Below, piece by piece: positions 29,988 to 38,685 of a stretch of 64,000 nucleotides of DNA. The notes below the pieces were generated by a model. That model had not been told where the DNA came from. It saw nothing but the letters and a program-made list of their open reading frames with translations, and did not search any database. Source of the DNA: an uncultured Actinomycetes bacterium (GTDB lineage Bacteria; Actinomycetota; Thermoleophilia; UBA2241); the NCBI GenBank assembly GCA_963767005.1, contig CAVYCN010000011.1:32001-96000 (forward strand), written 5' to 3'. Position numbers and translations under genes: made by a program. Every line of letters begins with the position of its first letter. Position 1 is the stretch's first letter.

Positions 29988-30620
29988 CTAGTCGAGCTGT
30001 CCCTGGCGCAGCGCCGCGGCGACCGCGTGCGCGCGCCCGGCCACGCCGAGCTTGCGGTAGATCGTCGCCAGGTGCGTCTTGACCGTCTCGCTGCTCACGA
30101 ACAGGCGCTCGGCGATCTCGCGGTTCTCAGCGCCTGTCGCGACGAGCCGCAGGACCTCGAGCTCGCGGGCGCTGAGCGGCACCGGCGCGACCGGCGCCGG
30201 CGGCTCGCGCAGGATGTCGACGATCTCGGGGCTGAAGTAGAAGCCGCCCTCGGCCGCGGCGGTGATCGCGTCGACCAGCTCCTGGCGCGACGCCTGCTTG
30301 AGCACGTACCCGTGCGCCCCGAGACGCGCCGCGCCCAGCACGAGCTCGCGCTCGTCGTGGATGGTGAGCACCACCACGCGCGGCGGCTCGCGCAGCTTCT
30401 GCAGCTCGCGCAGGACGTCGAGGCCCTGCACGCCCGGCAGGCTCATGTCGAGCAGCACCACGTCGGGCCGGGCGACCGGCACTGTGCGCAGCGCCTGCTC
30501 ACCGTCGCAGGCCTCGCCGGTGATCGCGATGCCCGGGACGCGGGCCAGCATCCGCTTGATGCCCTCGCGCACGACCTCGTGGTCGTCGATCAGGAACACC
30601 CCTATCGCACCGTCGCCTAT
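29988..30620 (-). CDS. NarL/LuxR response regulator
   Basis: IDDHEVVREG, DVVLLDMSLP and LSARELEVL...TVKTH; start uncertain (ATA 30620 or GTG 30599). Confidence 0.92.
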   Translation of the reverse strand: MGDGAIGVFLIDDHEVVREGIKRMLARVPGIAITGEACDGEQALRTVPVARPDVVLLDMSLPGVQGLDVLRELQKLREPPRVVVLTIHDERELVLGAARLGAHGYVLKQASRQELVDAITAAAEGGFYFSPEIVDILREPPAPVAPVPLSARELEVLRLVATGAENREIAERLFVSSETVKTHLATIYRKLGVAGRAHAVAAALRQGQLD

Positions 30621-32662
30621 GGCTGCACCCCCGTCCGTCCGGCCTTCGCCGCCTGCTGCGGCACGACCACCTCGACCGTCGTGCCGCTCTCCGGTCCCGT
30701 CTCGATCAGCAGCTCGCCGCCCACGAGGGCGGCCTGCTCGTCCATCATCGTCAAGCCGAAGTGGTCGTCGCGCTCCGCGACGCCGGGCTGCAGGCCGCGC
30801 CCGTCGTCGCGCACCGACAGGCGCACGACCTCGCCGGCGTCGGGGTCGTCGCCGGGGGCGAGACGCAGCTCGACGCGCCGCGCGCCGGAGTGGCGCAGGG
30901 CGTTGTGGAGCGCCTCGCGGGCGATGACGTACAGGCTGGTCTCGACGGCCGTGCTCAGCTCGGGGACGGTCGCAAGGTCGAGGCGCACCTCGCAGGCGCC
31001 GCCGTCGGCCTGGTCGGCGAGCGACTGCAGGGCGCCCCGCAGGCCCAGGCCGTCCAGAGCCGGCGGCCGCAGGTCGCGGATCACCCGGCGGGTGTCGCCG
31101 ATCGCGGTGCGCAGCAGGCCCGAGACGCGCTCGGCGTCGCTCGCCGTCTCGAGCGGCAACTCCGCCTCCATGCCCTGCACCTGGTAGAGCGCGGCGACCA
31201 TGGTCTGCACGATGTCGTCGTGCAGCACGGTCGCCCACTCCTTGCGCTTCTCCTGACGGAGCGTCGTGAGCCGGCGCAGCAGCCGCCTCGAGCGCTGCTG
31301 GCTGCGCTCGAGGTCGCGGTACAGGCGAGCGTTGCAGATGGCGCTCGCGGCCTGCTCGGCCACGATCTCGGCGCGGGCGACGTCGCGCGACGAGTAGCTG
31401 TCGCGCCGCTCCGACGAGTACAGTAGCAGCGAGCCGATGAGGACGTTGTCGGCGCGGATCGGCACGAAGAGCGCGGAGCGCAGGTGGAGCCGCTTGCGGG
31501 CCTCGGCGTCGATGTGCGTGCCCCAGGCGATGTCCTCGATCACGATGCTGCGGCCGTCCTGCAGGGCCTCGCGCGTGTTCTCCCGACCCTCGAACTTGAG
31601 TGCGACGCCGAGCAGCGGGTCGTCTTCGGGGCCGGAGCAGGCCACGACGATCAGGTCGTCGTCGTCGGGTCGCAGCTCGAGCAGCAGGCAGCGACAGTTG
31701 CCCATCACGCGGGCCGCGCTCGAAGCGATCTGCTGAAAGGTGTGCTCCAGGTCGAGGCTGCCCGAGATGGCGCGCGCGACGGCGCAGGCCGTGTCGAGGA
31801 CCACCTCGCTCAACTCCGACTGGCGCGACATGACGACGTGGTCGAGGGCGAGGCCCGTGCCGTCGGCCACGGCACGCAGAAAGTCGGCCTCGTGACCGGC
31901 GAGCGCCGCGGCGCGCCGGGCACCGAGCGCCAGAAAGCCGCGCAGGCGGTGACCGGCGAAGGCCGGCGCCAGCACCAGGCTGCCGACGGCACGCGGCGAG
32001 AGGTCGCGCAGCGCGGGTGGCAGCTCGGCGAGGGCGGCGCCGCTCAGGGTCACGAGCCCGGGCCGCTGGGCGGCCTCGGCGGCGATCCCTTCGCCGGTCT
32101 CGAGCACCGGGTAAGGGAAGCTCCGACGCCGGGTCGGCCCGAACGCGGCCAGCACCTCGGCGCGGCCGTCGCCGCGCACGCGCAGCACCGCCCCCGTGTC
32201 GGCGCGGACGGTGGCCACGATGTCGGGCAGCACGGCGCGCGCGATGTCGCCCGCCGGCATGTCGCGGTTCAGCAGGGAGGTCACGCGCGCGAGGGCGAGG
32301 CCGGTCGCCTGCAGGTCGTGGAAGTCGCTCAGCAGGTGGCCGTCGGCGTCGCCCTCGTCGAGCGACAGCACCAGGTCGTGGGCCCCAGAGGCGAGCGGCT
32401 CGACGTCGTAGCGCACCGACAGCCACTCTTCGCCCGCCCTCACGGCGACGCGGCCGGACGTCGCCCGATCGCCCGCCAGCGCGTCGCCGATCCGGCCGGC
32501 GCTCGCGCGGTCGATCCGCTCCAGGATCGACGCGAGCTCGACGCCCGGCCGCAGACGCCGGAACGGCCGGGCCCGCGGATCGTTCGCGACCTGGGCCGCG
32601 CCGATCACGCCGAACGCGTCGACCTGCAGGCGCGCCAGCTCGACGACCGCCTCGCCTCCCAC
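30617..32662 (-). CDS. GAF-domain HisKA_3 sensor histidine kinase (cytoplasmic)
   Basis: LHDDIVQ, REALHNALRHS, VRDDGRG and HFGL; GAGGGGG SD before GTG 32662. Confidence 0.9.
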   Translation of the reverse strand: MGGEAVVELARLQVDAFGVIGAAQVANDPRARPFRRLRPGVELASILERIDRASAGRIGDALAGDRATSGRVAVRAGEEWLSVRYDVEPLASGAHDLVLSLDEGDADGHLLSDFHDLQATGLALARVTSLLNRDMPAGDIARAVLPDIVATVRADTGAVLRVRGDGRAEVLAAFGPTRRRSFPYPVLETGEGIAAEAAQRPGLVTLSGAALAELPPALRDLSPRAVGSLVLAPAFAGHRLRGFLALGARRAAALAGHEADFLRAVADGTGLALDHVVMSRQSELSEVVLDTACAVARAISGSLDLEHTFQQIASSAARVMGNCRCLLLELRPDDDDLIVVACSGPEDDPLLGVALKFEGRENTREALQDGRSIVIEDIAWGTHIDAEARKRLHLRSALFVPIRADNVLIGSLLLYSSERRDSYSSRDVARAEIVAEQAASAICNARLYRDLERSQQRSRRLLRRLTTLRQEKRKEWATVLHDDIVQTMVAALYQVQGMEAELPLETASDAERVSGLLRTAIGDTRRVIRDLRPPALDGLGLRGALQSLADQADGGACEVRLDLATVPELSTAVETSLYVIAREALHNALRHSGARRVELRLAPGDDPDAGEVVRLSVRDDGRGLQPGVAERDDHFGLTMMDEQAALVGGELLIETGPESGTTVEVVVPQQAAKAGRTGVQP

Positions 32663-32820
32663 CTGATCCCCCTCTCGGGCGGCCGTCGGTCGGGCCGCCG
32701 CGCTCCGAAGGTAGTGCGTGACCGGCGCGATGGCAAGTGCGGAGCGCTGCGCCGCAACGTCGCGACACGCCGCCGCGCACCCTGCCGTGCGCGGCGCCTG
32801 CAACCCGGGCGGCGCGCCGC

Positions 32821-33702
32821 TTAGCGCCGCACGAAGCCGGTCGCGGCCTCGACCTCGGCCCAGAACGCGTCCTGGGCGGAGCGCGTCACCGGCCCCGGCG
32901 CGTCGGCGAAGACGCGGTCCTCGATGGCGCCGACCGGCTGGACCTCGCGCGCCGCGCTCGCGGCGAACGCCTCGCGACAGGTGAGCAGGTCGTCGCGCGT
33001 GCACACGCGCTCCTCGACCGGCAACCCGCGCAGCAACACGCGCCGCGTGATCGAGTCGAGGATCTCGCCGCTGAGCGGCGGCGTGCACAGCACGCCGTCG
33101 GCGGCGACGCAGAAGAACGACGCGGTCTGCAGCTCGAGCACGCGCCCGTCCGGCGTGACCAGCAGGGCCTCGTCGAAGCCGCGCTCCTGGGCCAGGCGGC
33201 GGGCCAGCATGTTGCCGGCGTACGAGAGTGTCTTGGCGCCGCCGAGCACCAGTCGCGCGGTGTCGACGACGAGCGCCAGGCGCAGCGTGGCGCGCAGGTC
33301 GGGCACGGGCTCGGCCAGCACGAGGCGCTGCCCGCCCCGCGTGAGCACGATGCGCAGGTCGAAGGTCGCCTCGCCCATGGCGGCGAGGAGCGTGCCGACG
33401 TCGCGGCTGAGCGCGGCACGGTCGAGGGGCAGGCGGATGGTCGCGCAGGTCCGTTCGAGCCGGGCGAGGTGCTCGTCGAGCGCGAACGGCCGGCCGCCAT
33501 AGGCGCGCACGACCTCGAAGGCGCCGTCGCCGCGCAGCAGGCCGTCGTCGGCGGCCGGGATCGTCGCCTCGCCGACGGTGCAGCGCCGCCCGCCGACGAC
33601 CGCGGGGAAGTCGCGCGGCTCGCGGCGCGGCGCGCCGCCGGGCTCACGCTCCGGCGCGCCGCGCCGCGACCCGCCGCTCGCCTGCCCGCCGTCTGCGCCC
33701 AC
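32821..33702 (-). CDS. class IV aminotransferase (IlvE/PabC/D-AAT-like)
   Basis: DDGLLRGDGAFE, HLARL, AKTLSY, GFDEAL and ILDSITR. Confidence 0.9.
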   Translation of the reverse strand: MGADGGQASGGSRRGAPEREPGGAPRREPRDFPAVVGGRRCTVGEATIPAADDGLLRGDGAFEVVRAYGGRPFALDEHLARLERTCATIRLPLDRAALSRDVGTLLAAMGEATFDLRIVLTRGGQRLVLAEPVPDLRATLRLALVVDTARLVLGGAKTLSYAGNMLARRLAQERGFDEALLVTPDGRVLELQTASFFCVAADGVLCTPPLSGEILDSITRRVLLRGLPVEERVCTRDDLLTCREAFAASAAREVQPVGAIEDRVFADAPGPVTRSAQDAFWAEVEAATGFVRR

Positions 33703-33976
33703 GTCGCCTCCCGTTCGCGTTGCCGTTCGCTCCTGCGCTCCCGTCCGCGCTCCCGTCCGCCTTCGCGTCCGCGTTCCCGTCCGCCTTCGCGTTCGTCCAG
33801 ATGCTACCGCATCCCCCGCACGCGGCCGCCGTACCATCGGTGCCGTGGACCGGCGGGCGGGGGAAGCTCTGTCTCAGGTGCCGGGCTGCCACGTCCCGTC
33901 AGCCGTGACCGCGGACCGGCTGATATGCTCGCCGCGGAGTCCTGCGGCCCCCGCCGACAATGACGAAAGGACGGAC

Positions 33977-34945
33977 GTGGCCTTGAGTGACTATCCCATC
34001 GACGTTCGCATCGACCAGCTCCCCGAGCAGCGCTCGCGCGGCTGGGCGGCGCTCGGCGTGACGATCATCCTCAAGCTGCTCGCGCTCCTGCCGCACGCCA
34101 TCTGCCTCCTCGTCCTGGGCATCGTGCAGCTCGTGGTGGCCTTCGTCGCCCAGATCGTCGTGGCCGTCACCGGCGAGTATCCGGCCGGCATGTTCGACTT
34201 CGTGGCCGGCGTGCTGCGCTGGAGCACGCGGGTGAGCACGTTCTTCCTGTCGCTCAACGACCGCTACCCGCCCTTCACCCTCCAGCCCGATCCCGGCTAT
34301 CCGAGCGACCTCGTCATCGTGCGGCCGCCTCGCAGCAACCGCCTGTACGCGCTGTTCACCGTGATCGTCGAGGTCGCGGTCGCGATCGGGGTGGTGGCGC
34401 TCATCGTGCACTTCGTGAATACCAGCGGCTCGTCGTTTGCTCCAGGAGGCTCGTCGCTCTCGAACTTCGGCCCGAGAGGGCCGTCGTTCTCGTCGAGCGG
34501 CCTCGTCTTGCGCGACATCGTCGCCCTGCCGCACCTGATCGTGCTGGTCGTCCTGGGTCTGGCCGTCGCCGTCCTGTGGTACGTGGCGCAGTGGGTGATC
34601 CTCGTGACGGGCCGCTACCCGCATAGCTGGTCCGACTTCACCACCGGCGTCGTGCGCTGGCAGGCGCGGGTGTCCGGCTACACTCTGGGACTGGTCGACC
34701 GCTACCCGCCGTTCACCTTCGACCCGTCGATCGCGGCGGCAGGCCCGGCCGGCCCCGGACCGCCGCCCTGGAGCGGCGCTCCCGGCGGCTACGCGCCCTG
34801 GACCGCCCCGGTCGCCCCGACGCCGCCGGCCGGCTGGTACCCCGACCCGGCGCGCCGCCACGAGTACCGCTACTGGAGCGGCGTAGCGTGGACGCCCCAG
34901 GTCGCCGACCACGGACAGGCGAGCGTCGACCCGCTCGGGCCCTGA
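33977..34945 (+). CDS. DUF4389 membrane protein with C-terminal DUF2510
   Basis: Two LPH...TGxYP...RW...DRYPPF units; PAGWYPDP...RYWSGVAWT. Confidence 0.85.
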   Translation: MALSDYPIDVRIDQLPEQRSRGWAALGVTIILKLLALLPHAICLLVLGIVQLVVAFVAQIVVAVTGEYPAGMFDFVAGVLRWSTRVSTFFLSLNDRYPPFTLQPDPGYPSDLVIVRPPRSNRLYALFTVIVEVAVAIGVVALIVHFVNTSGSSFAPGGSSLSNFGPRGPSFSSSGLVLRDIVALPHLIVLVVLGLAVAVLWYVAQWVILVTGRYPHSWSDFTTGVVRWQARVSGYTLGLVDRYPPFTFDPSIAAAGPAGPGPPPWSGAPGGYAPWTAPVAPTPPAGWYPDPARRHEYRYWSGVAWTPQVADHGQASVDPLGP

Positions 34946-34983
34946 CGCCCGCAGCATCCCACAGCGAGACCGAGGAGGCCCCG

Positions 34984-35634
34984 ATGGAGTTGGCAAGCGC
35001 GCTGCGCGAACGCAGGAGCATCCGCAGGTTCCTGCCCCGACCGGTGCCGGACGAGATCGTCCGCGACATCCTGGACCAGGCGCGCTGGTCGCCTTCGTGG
35101 GCCAACACGCAGGCCTGGAACGTCTACGTCGTCGCCGGCGAGAGCCTGCGCCGGATCGCCGAGGCCAACCGCACGGCCGCGGCGAGCGAGGCCCCTGCCG
35201 GCCCCGACTTTCGCATGCCGCGCCAGTGGCCCGAGCACCTGGCGGCTCGCACCCGGCAGCTCGTCGACCTGCGTGCCTCGATCGCGCCGCCGGCCGGCGC
35301 GGCCGCCGACGCCGCCGGGCCCGCCGCGTTCTACGGCGCGCCCTGCGTGCTGTTCGTCGCCGTCGAGCAGGACCTCGAGACCGACTACGCGCTCTTCGAC
35401 AGCGGCCTGCTCGTGCAGTCGCTCTGCCTCGCCGCGCACGACAGGGGCCTGGGCACCTGCATCATGGCGATGGCGGTGCGCGACCCCGACACGCTGCGCG
35501 CGATCCTGCCCCACGCCGCCGACAAACGCTTCGTGATCGGCGTCGCGCTCGGCTACCCCGACCAGGAGGCCGAGATCAACCGCTTCGTCCGCGAGCGCGT
35601 CGCCCTCGAGGATCTCGCGACCTGGGCCGAGTAG
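34984..35634 (+). CDS. nitroreductase
   Basis: RRSIRRF, SPSWANTQAW, GLGTC and ALGYPD. Confidence 0.92.
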   Translation: MELASALRERRSIRRFLPRPVPDEIVRDILDQARWSPSWANTQAWNVYVVAGESLRRIAEANRTAAASEAPAGPDFRMPRQWPEHLAARTRQLVDLRASIAPPAGAAADAAGPAAFYGAPCVLFVAVEQDLETDYALFDSGLLVQSLCLAAHDRGLGTCIMAMAVRDPDTLRAILPHAADKRFVIGVALGYPDQEAEINRFVRERVALEDLATWAE

Positions 35635-35664
35635 GCGCGGCGACGCGATGCCCGGGGACCACGG

Positions 35665-36454
35665 GTGAAGTCAAGCGGCGACCGGCCGGGACCGCCGCAG
35701 GCGCGTGCCGGCCGCCGTCCGATCGGCCTCGACCTGGCGCGCTGCGCCGCCGTGTCGCTGGTCGTGCTCGCCCACATCGGCCAGACGACCGGCAGCCCGC
35801 TCGGCGCCTTCGTCGGCATCAGGGCCGGGCGTCGCTGTGGCCCAGCCTGCACGCGCTCGACGTGTTCCTCACACTGACCGGCACCTACGCCTTCGCCGGC
35901 CGCTGGGGCGGCCCGTTCCTGAACACGAGCTGGTTCATCGGCCTGATCTTCGTGCTGTACCTGGTCTTTCCGTGGCTGTCGCGCGCCATCTCGGCGCGGC
36001 CGGCGCTCACCATGGCCGCCCTGCTCGCGCTGAGCCTCGCGTCGCGTGCCCTGCTGGGCCGTTACGGCTGGCTGCCGGGCCGTCCGCTCGACTGGTTCCC
36101 GCCCTGCCGGGTGTTCGAGTTCGGCCTCGGCATCTGGCTGGCCGGCGCCTACTCCAGGGCCTCACTGCGGCCGCTGTCCCTCGGCCGCCTCGACCCCCTG
36201 ATCATCGCCGCTGCCGCCCTGTCGTTTCCCGCTTCCTGGTCCACTACCCGCTGCTGCCGCTCATCCCGCGGCTGGTCGCGCGCGGCCTGAACGTCGTACC
36301 GGCGAGCGCGCCGTCCGTGCTCTTCTCGGTCGCGCTCGCCTGGGTCGTCCTGGTCGTCGACCGGGCGCTGCGCCGCCGGTTGCCGGCGCCGCTGATAGAC
36401 TCGCCGCCATGCACCGCGTCGACGGCGACTGGACAAGGGAGCAGAGGACGATGA
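35665..36454 (+). pseudogene. acyltransferase-3 (OafA-like) gene, frameshifted
   Basis: GLDLARCAAVSLVVLAH, WFIGLIFVLYLVFP...RVFEFGLG and FLVHYP motifs lie in three different frames. Confidence 0.7.
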
Positions 36455-36867
36455 GCGACACCGACAAGCGCCCCGCCTACGTGGCGGCGCACATCGACGA
36501 CATCCCGTTCGAGGACGGCGAGGCGCCGAAGGCCGAATGGAAGCCGATCCGGCGCTTCTTCGGCATCGGCTCGTTCGGCGTCAACCTCGCCCGCGCCGTG
36601 CGCGCGGGCGACGAGCTCACCCACGACCACGACGAGACCGACACGGGCCACGAGGAGCTGTTCCTGGTCACCGCCGGCCACGCCACCTACCGGGTAGCCG
36701 GCGACGAGATCGACGCCCCCGCCGGCACGTTCCTCTACGTGCCCGACCCGACCACGGTGCGCGGCGCCGTCGCACGCACGGCCGGCACCGTCATGCTGGT
36801 CGTCGGGGCCGAGCCCGGCGTCGTCTTCGCGCCGTCTGAGTGGGACACCGAGCCGCTGCCCGAGTAG
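36451..36867 (+). CDS. cupin domain protein
   Basis: RRFFGIGSFGVN...HDH...HEELFLV..G...PAGT. Confidence 0.85.
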   Translation: MSDTDKRPAYVAAHIDDIPFEDGEAPKAEWKPIRRFFGIGSFGVNLARAVRAGDELTHDHDETDTGHEELFLVTAGHATYRVAGDEIDAPAGTFLYVPDPTTVRGAVARTAGTVMLVVGAEPGVVFAPSEWDTEPLPE

Positions 36868-36971
36868 CCGGTCGCCTGCCGAGCCACGCGCGGCGAGGGA
36901 GGCGGCCTACGGCCGCCTCCCTCGCCGCGCGTCCCGCTGCGGGCACGATCAGGGCCCCGCTGCAGGCCCGA

Positions 36972-37376
36972 TCAGGGCACTGTGAAATCGATGCCGCTCG
37001 ACGTGTGGCCCACCAGGCGGAAGGTGCCGCTCGCCGGGATCGTGTAGGTGTAGTCGCCCACCGCCGAGCTGTCCTTCATGAGGACGTTGGTGAAGGGGTT
37101 CTTGGGCCAGGCGTCGACGTACGGAGCGCCGGATGGGTCGACCAGAGTCGAGCTGTTGGCGACCGCCGTGGGAAAGGTGTCGTTGTTGTCGATCGCGTAA
37201 CTCTGGATGCCGACCTGGATCGAGTGGATCCCTTCCTTGACCGCCGCGTCCTTGGCCTTGTTGCGCTGGTTCAGGAACATGGGGATGGCGATCGCGGCGA
37301 GGATCCCGATGATGATAATGACGATCAGCAGCTCGATGAGCGTGAATCCGCTCTGCCTTTCGCGCGAACCGTTCAT
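36972..37376 (-). CDS. type IV pilin / pseudopilin
   Basis: Class III signal SG/FTLIELLIVIIIIGILAAIAIP; GGGAGG SD. Confidence 0.93.
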   Translation of the reverse strand: MNGSRERQSGFTLIELLIVIIIIGILAAIAIPMFLNQRNKAKDAAVKEGIHSIQVGIQSYAIDNNDTFPTAVANSSTLVDPSGAPYVDAWPKNPFTNVLMKDSSAVGDYTYTIPASGTFRLVGHTSSGIDFTVP

Positions 37377-37391
37377 GTGCCCTCCCTTTCT

Positions 37392-37498
37392 GGCGGCAGA
37401 GCCGCCGACCGCACCAGGGGTCGCACTGGAACGGGGCCTCTGGTCTTGCACCTTTGAACTCAGGCTGCCGCCGGAACGGATTGCTACCCGCCGATCGG
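37392..37498 (-). ncRNA. candidate structured 5' leader of the pilin gene
   Basis: Closing stem CCGAUCG/CGGUCGG, three internal hairpins, and an alternative GGCGGCAG/CUGCCGCC pairing next to the SD. Confidence 0.35.
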
Positions 37499-37505
37499 AC
37501 GCTTC

Positions 37506-37532
37506 GTAACCGCTCTGTAACAGAGGCTTAAC
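37506..37532. promoter_or_regulatory. triple direct repeat GTAAC-N6-GTAAC-N6-TTAAC (OmpR-family-type site)
   Basis: Half-sites at 37506, 37517 and 37528 (11-bp phase) in the divergent pilin/cupin intergenic region. Confidence 0.5.
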
Positions 37533-37675
37533 AAGCGCCTGCCAGAACGGGTGCAAGCGAGCCTGCAGGCGGGAGACGACGCTCCGACAGGCTGTCTTCG
37601 CCGTTGCCCGGCGGCGCCGCGGACCTCAGAATGAGGCAAGCACACACCCCGTCAGCTCTCTCGGAAAGGCCAGCC

Positions 37676-38068
37676 ATGAGCTCGTACACGATCCTGAACC
37701 TCCTCGAGGTCGAAGACAGCGTCGCCGGTCGCATGCCGGGCCTCGAGGGCCGCTTCGCGCGGGCCCGGCTCGACTCGCGCGACCTGGGCGTGAGTCACTT
37801 CCGCTACGCGCCCAACCTGCGTGGTGCCAAAGGCCACCGCCACGGCGTGCAGGAAGAGGCCTACATCGTGGTCGGCGGCTCGGGGCAGGCCTTGCTCGAC
37901 GGCGAGATCCACGAGCTGCGCCAGTGGGACGTCGTGCGCGTCGGCCCCGAGGTCGTGCGCGCCTTCGGCGCAGGGCCCGAGGGTCTCGAGCTCATCGTGA
38001 TCGGCGGTCCCAAGCCCGAGAGCGGCGACGGCGAGATGCTCGACGTCTCCTGGCCCGATCAGGGCTGA
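37676..38068 (+). CDS. cupin domain protein
   Basis: GHRHGVQEEAYIVVGGSG...WDVVRVGPEVVRAF. Confidence 0.87.
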   Translation: MSSYTILNLLEVEDSVAGRMPGLEGRFARARLDSRDLGVSHFRYAPNLRGAKGHRHGVQEEAYIVVGGSGQALLDGEIHELRQWDVVRVGPEVVRAFGAGPEGLELIVIGGPKPESGDGEMLDVSWPDQG

Positions 38069-38089
38069 CCGCCGCCGCAGGATAGGGCC

Positions 38090-38647
38090 ATCGACACCGT
38101 CGACACCGCCTCAGGACCCGGCCCGACCGACGACGTCCGCGCCCGCCTGGCCGTCGTCGAGGGCGACATCACGCGGCTCGCCGTCGACGCCATCGTCAAT
38201 GCCGCCAACCGCACGCTGCTCGGCGGCGGCGGGGTCGACGGCGCCATCCATCGCGCCGCCGGTCCCGAGCTGCTTGCCGAGTGCCGTACCCTGGGCGGCT
38301 GTGCCACCGGCGAGGCGCGCATGACCGGCGGCTACCGGCTGGCGGCCCGCGCGGTGATCCACACGGTGGGACCGGTCTGGCGCGGCGGCGGCGCGGGCGA
38401 GGCGGAGCTCCTGCGCTCCTGCTACCTCGAGTCGCTACGCCTGGCGAGCGCGGCCGGCCTGGCGACCATCGCCTTTCCCGCCATCTCGACCGGCGTCTAC
38501 GGCTATCCCAAGGACCGGGCCTGCGCGGTCGCGGTCGCGGCCGTGACCGAGTTCCTCGCCAACCACGAGCTGCCGCGCACCGTCACCTTCTGCTGCTTCG
38601 ACCCAGCCGACGCGCGCCTGTACCGGGCGCGGCTCGGCGCAGACTGA
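38090..38647 (+). CDS. macro-domain O-acetyl-ADP-ribose deacetylase (YmdB-like)
   Basis: Frame upstream of the listed ORF reads [35 protein letters not shown], then VIHTVGPVW and [12 protein letters not shown]; no canonical start (ATC 38090 assumed). Confidence 0.88.
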   Translation: MDTVDTASGPGPTDDVRARLAVVEGDITRLAVDAIVNAANRTLLGGGGVDGAIHRAAGPELLAECRTLGGCATGEARMTGGYRLAARAVIHTVGPVWRGGGAGEAELLRSCYLESLRLASAAGLATIAFPAISTGVYGYPKDRACAVAVAAVTEFLANHELPRTVTFCCFDPADARLYRARLGAD

Positions 38648-38685
38648 AGATCGACACGAGACCACCGACCGAAGGGCGCGAAGAG

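Noticed and set aside
33711-33798. Degenerate 6/12-bp repeats upstream of the class IV aminotransferase
   Set aside because: Low-complexity sequence with no consistent unit or evident function
37392-37498. Calling the pilin leader an FMN, cobalamin or c-di-GMP riboswitch
   Set aside because: Only scattered short similarities; the core consensus blocks are missing
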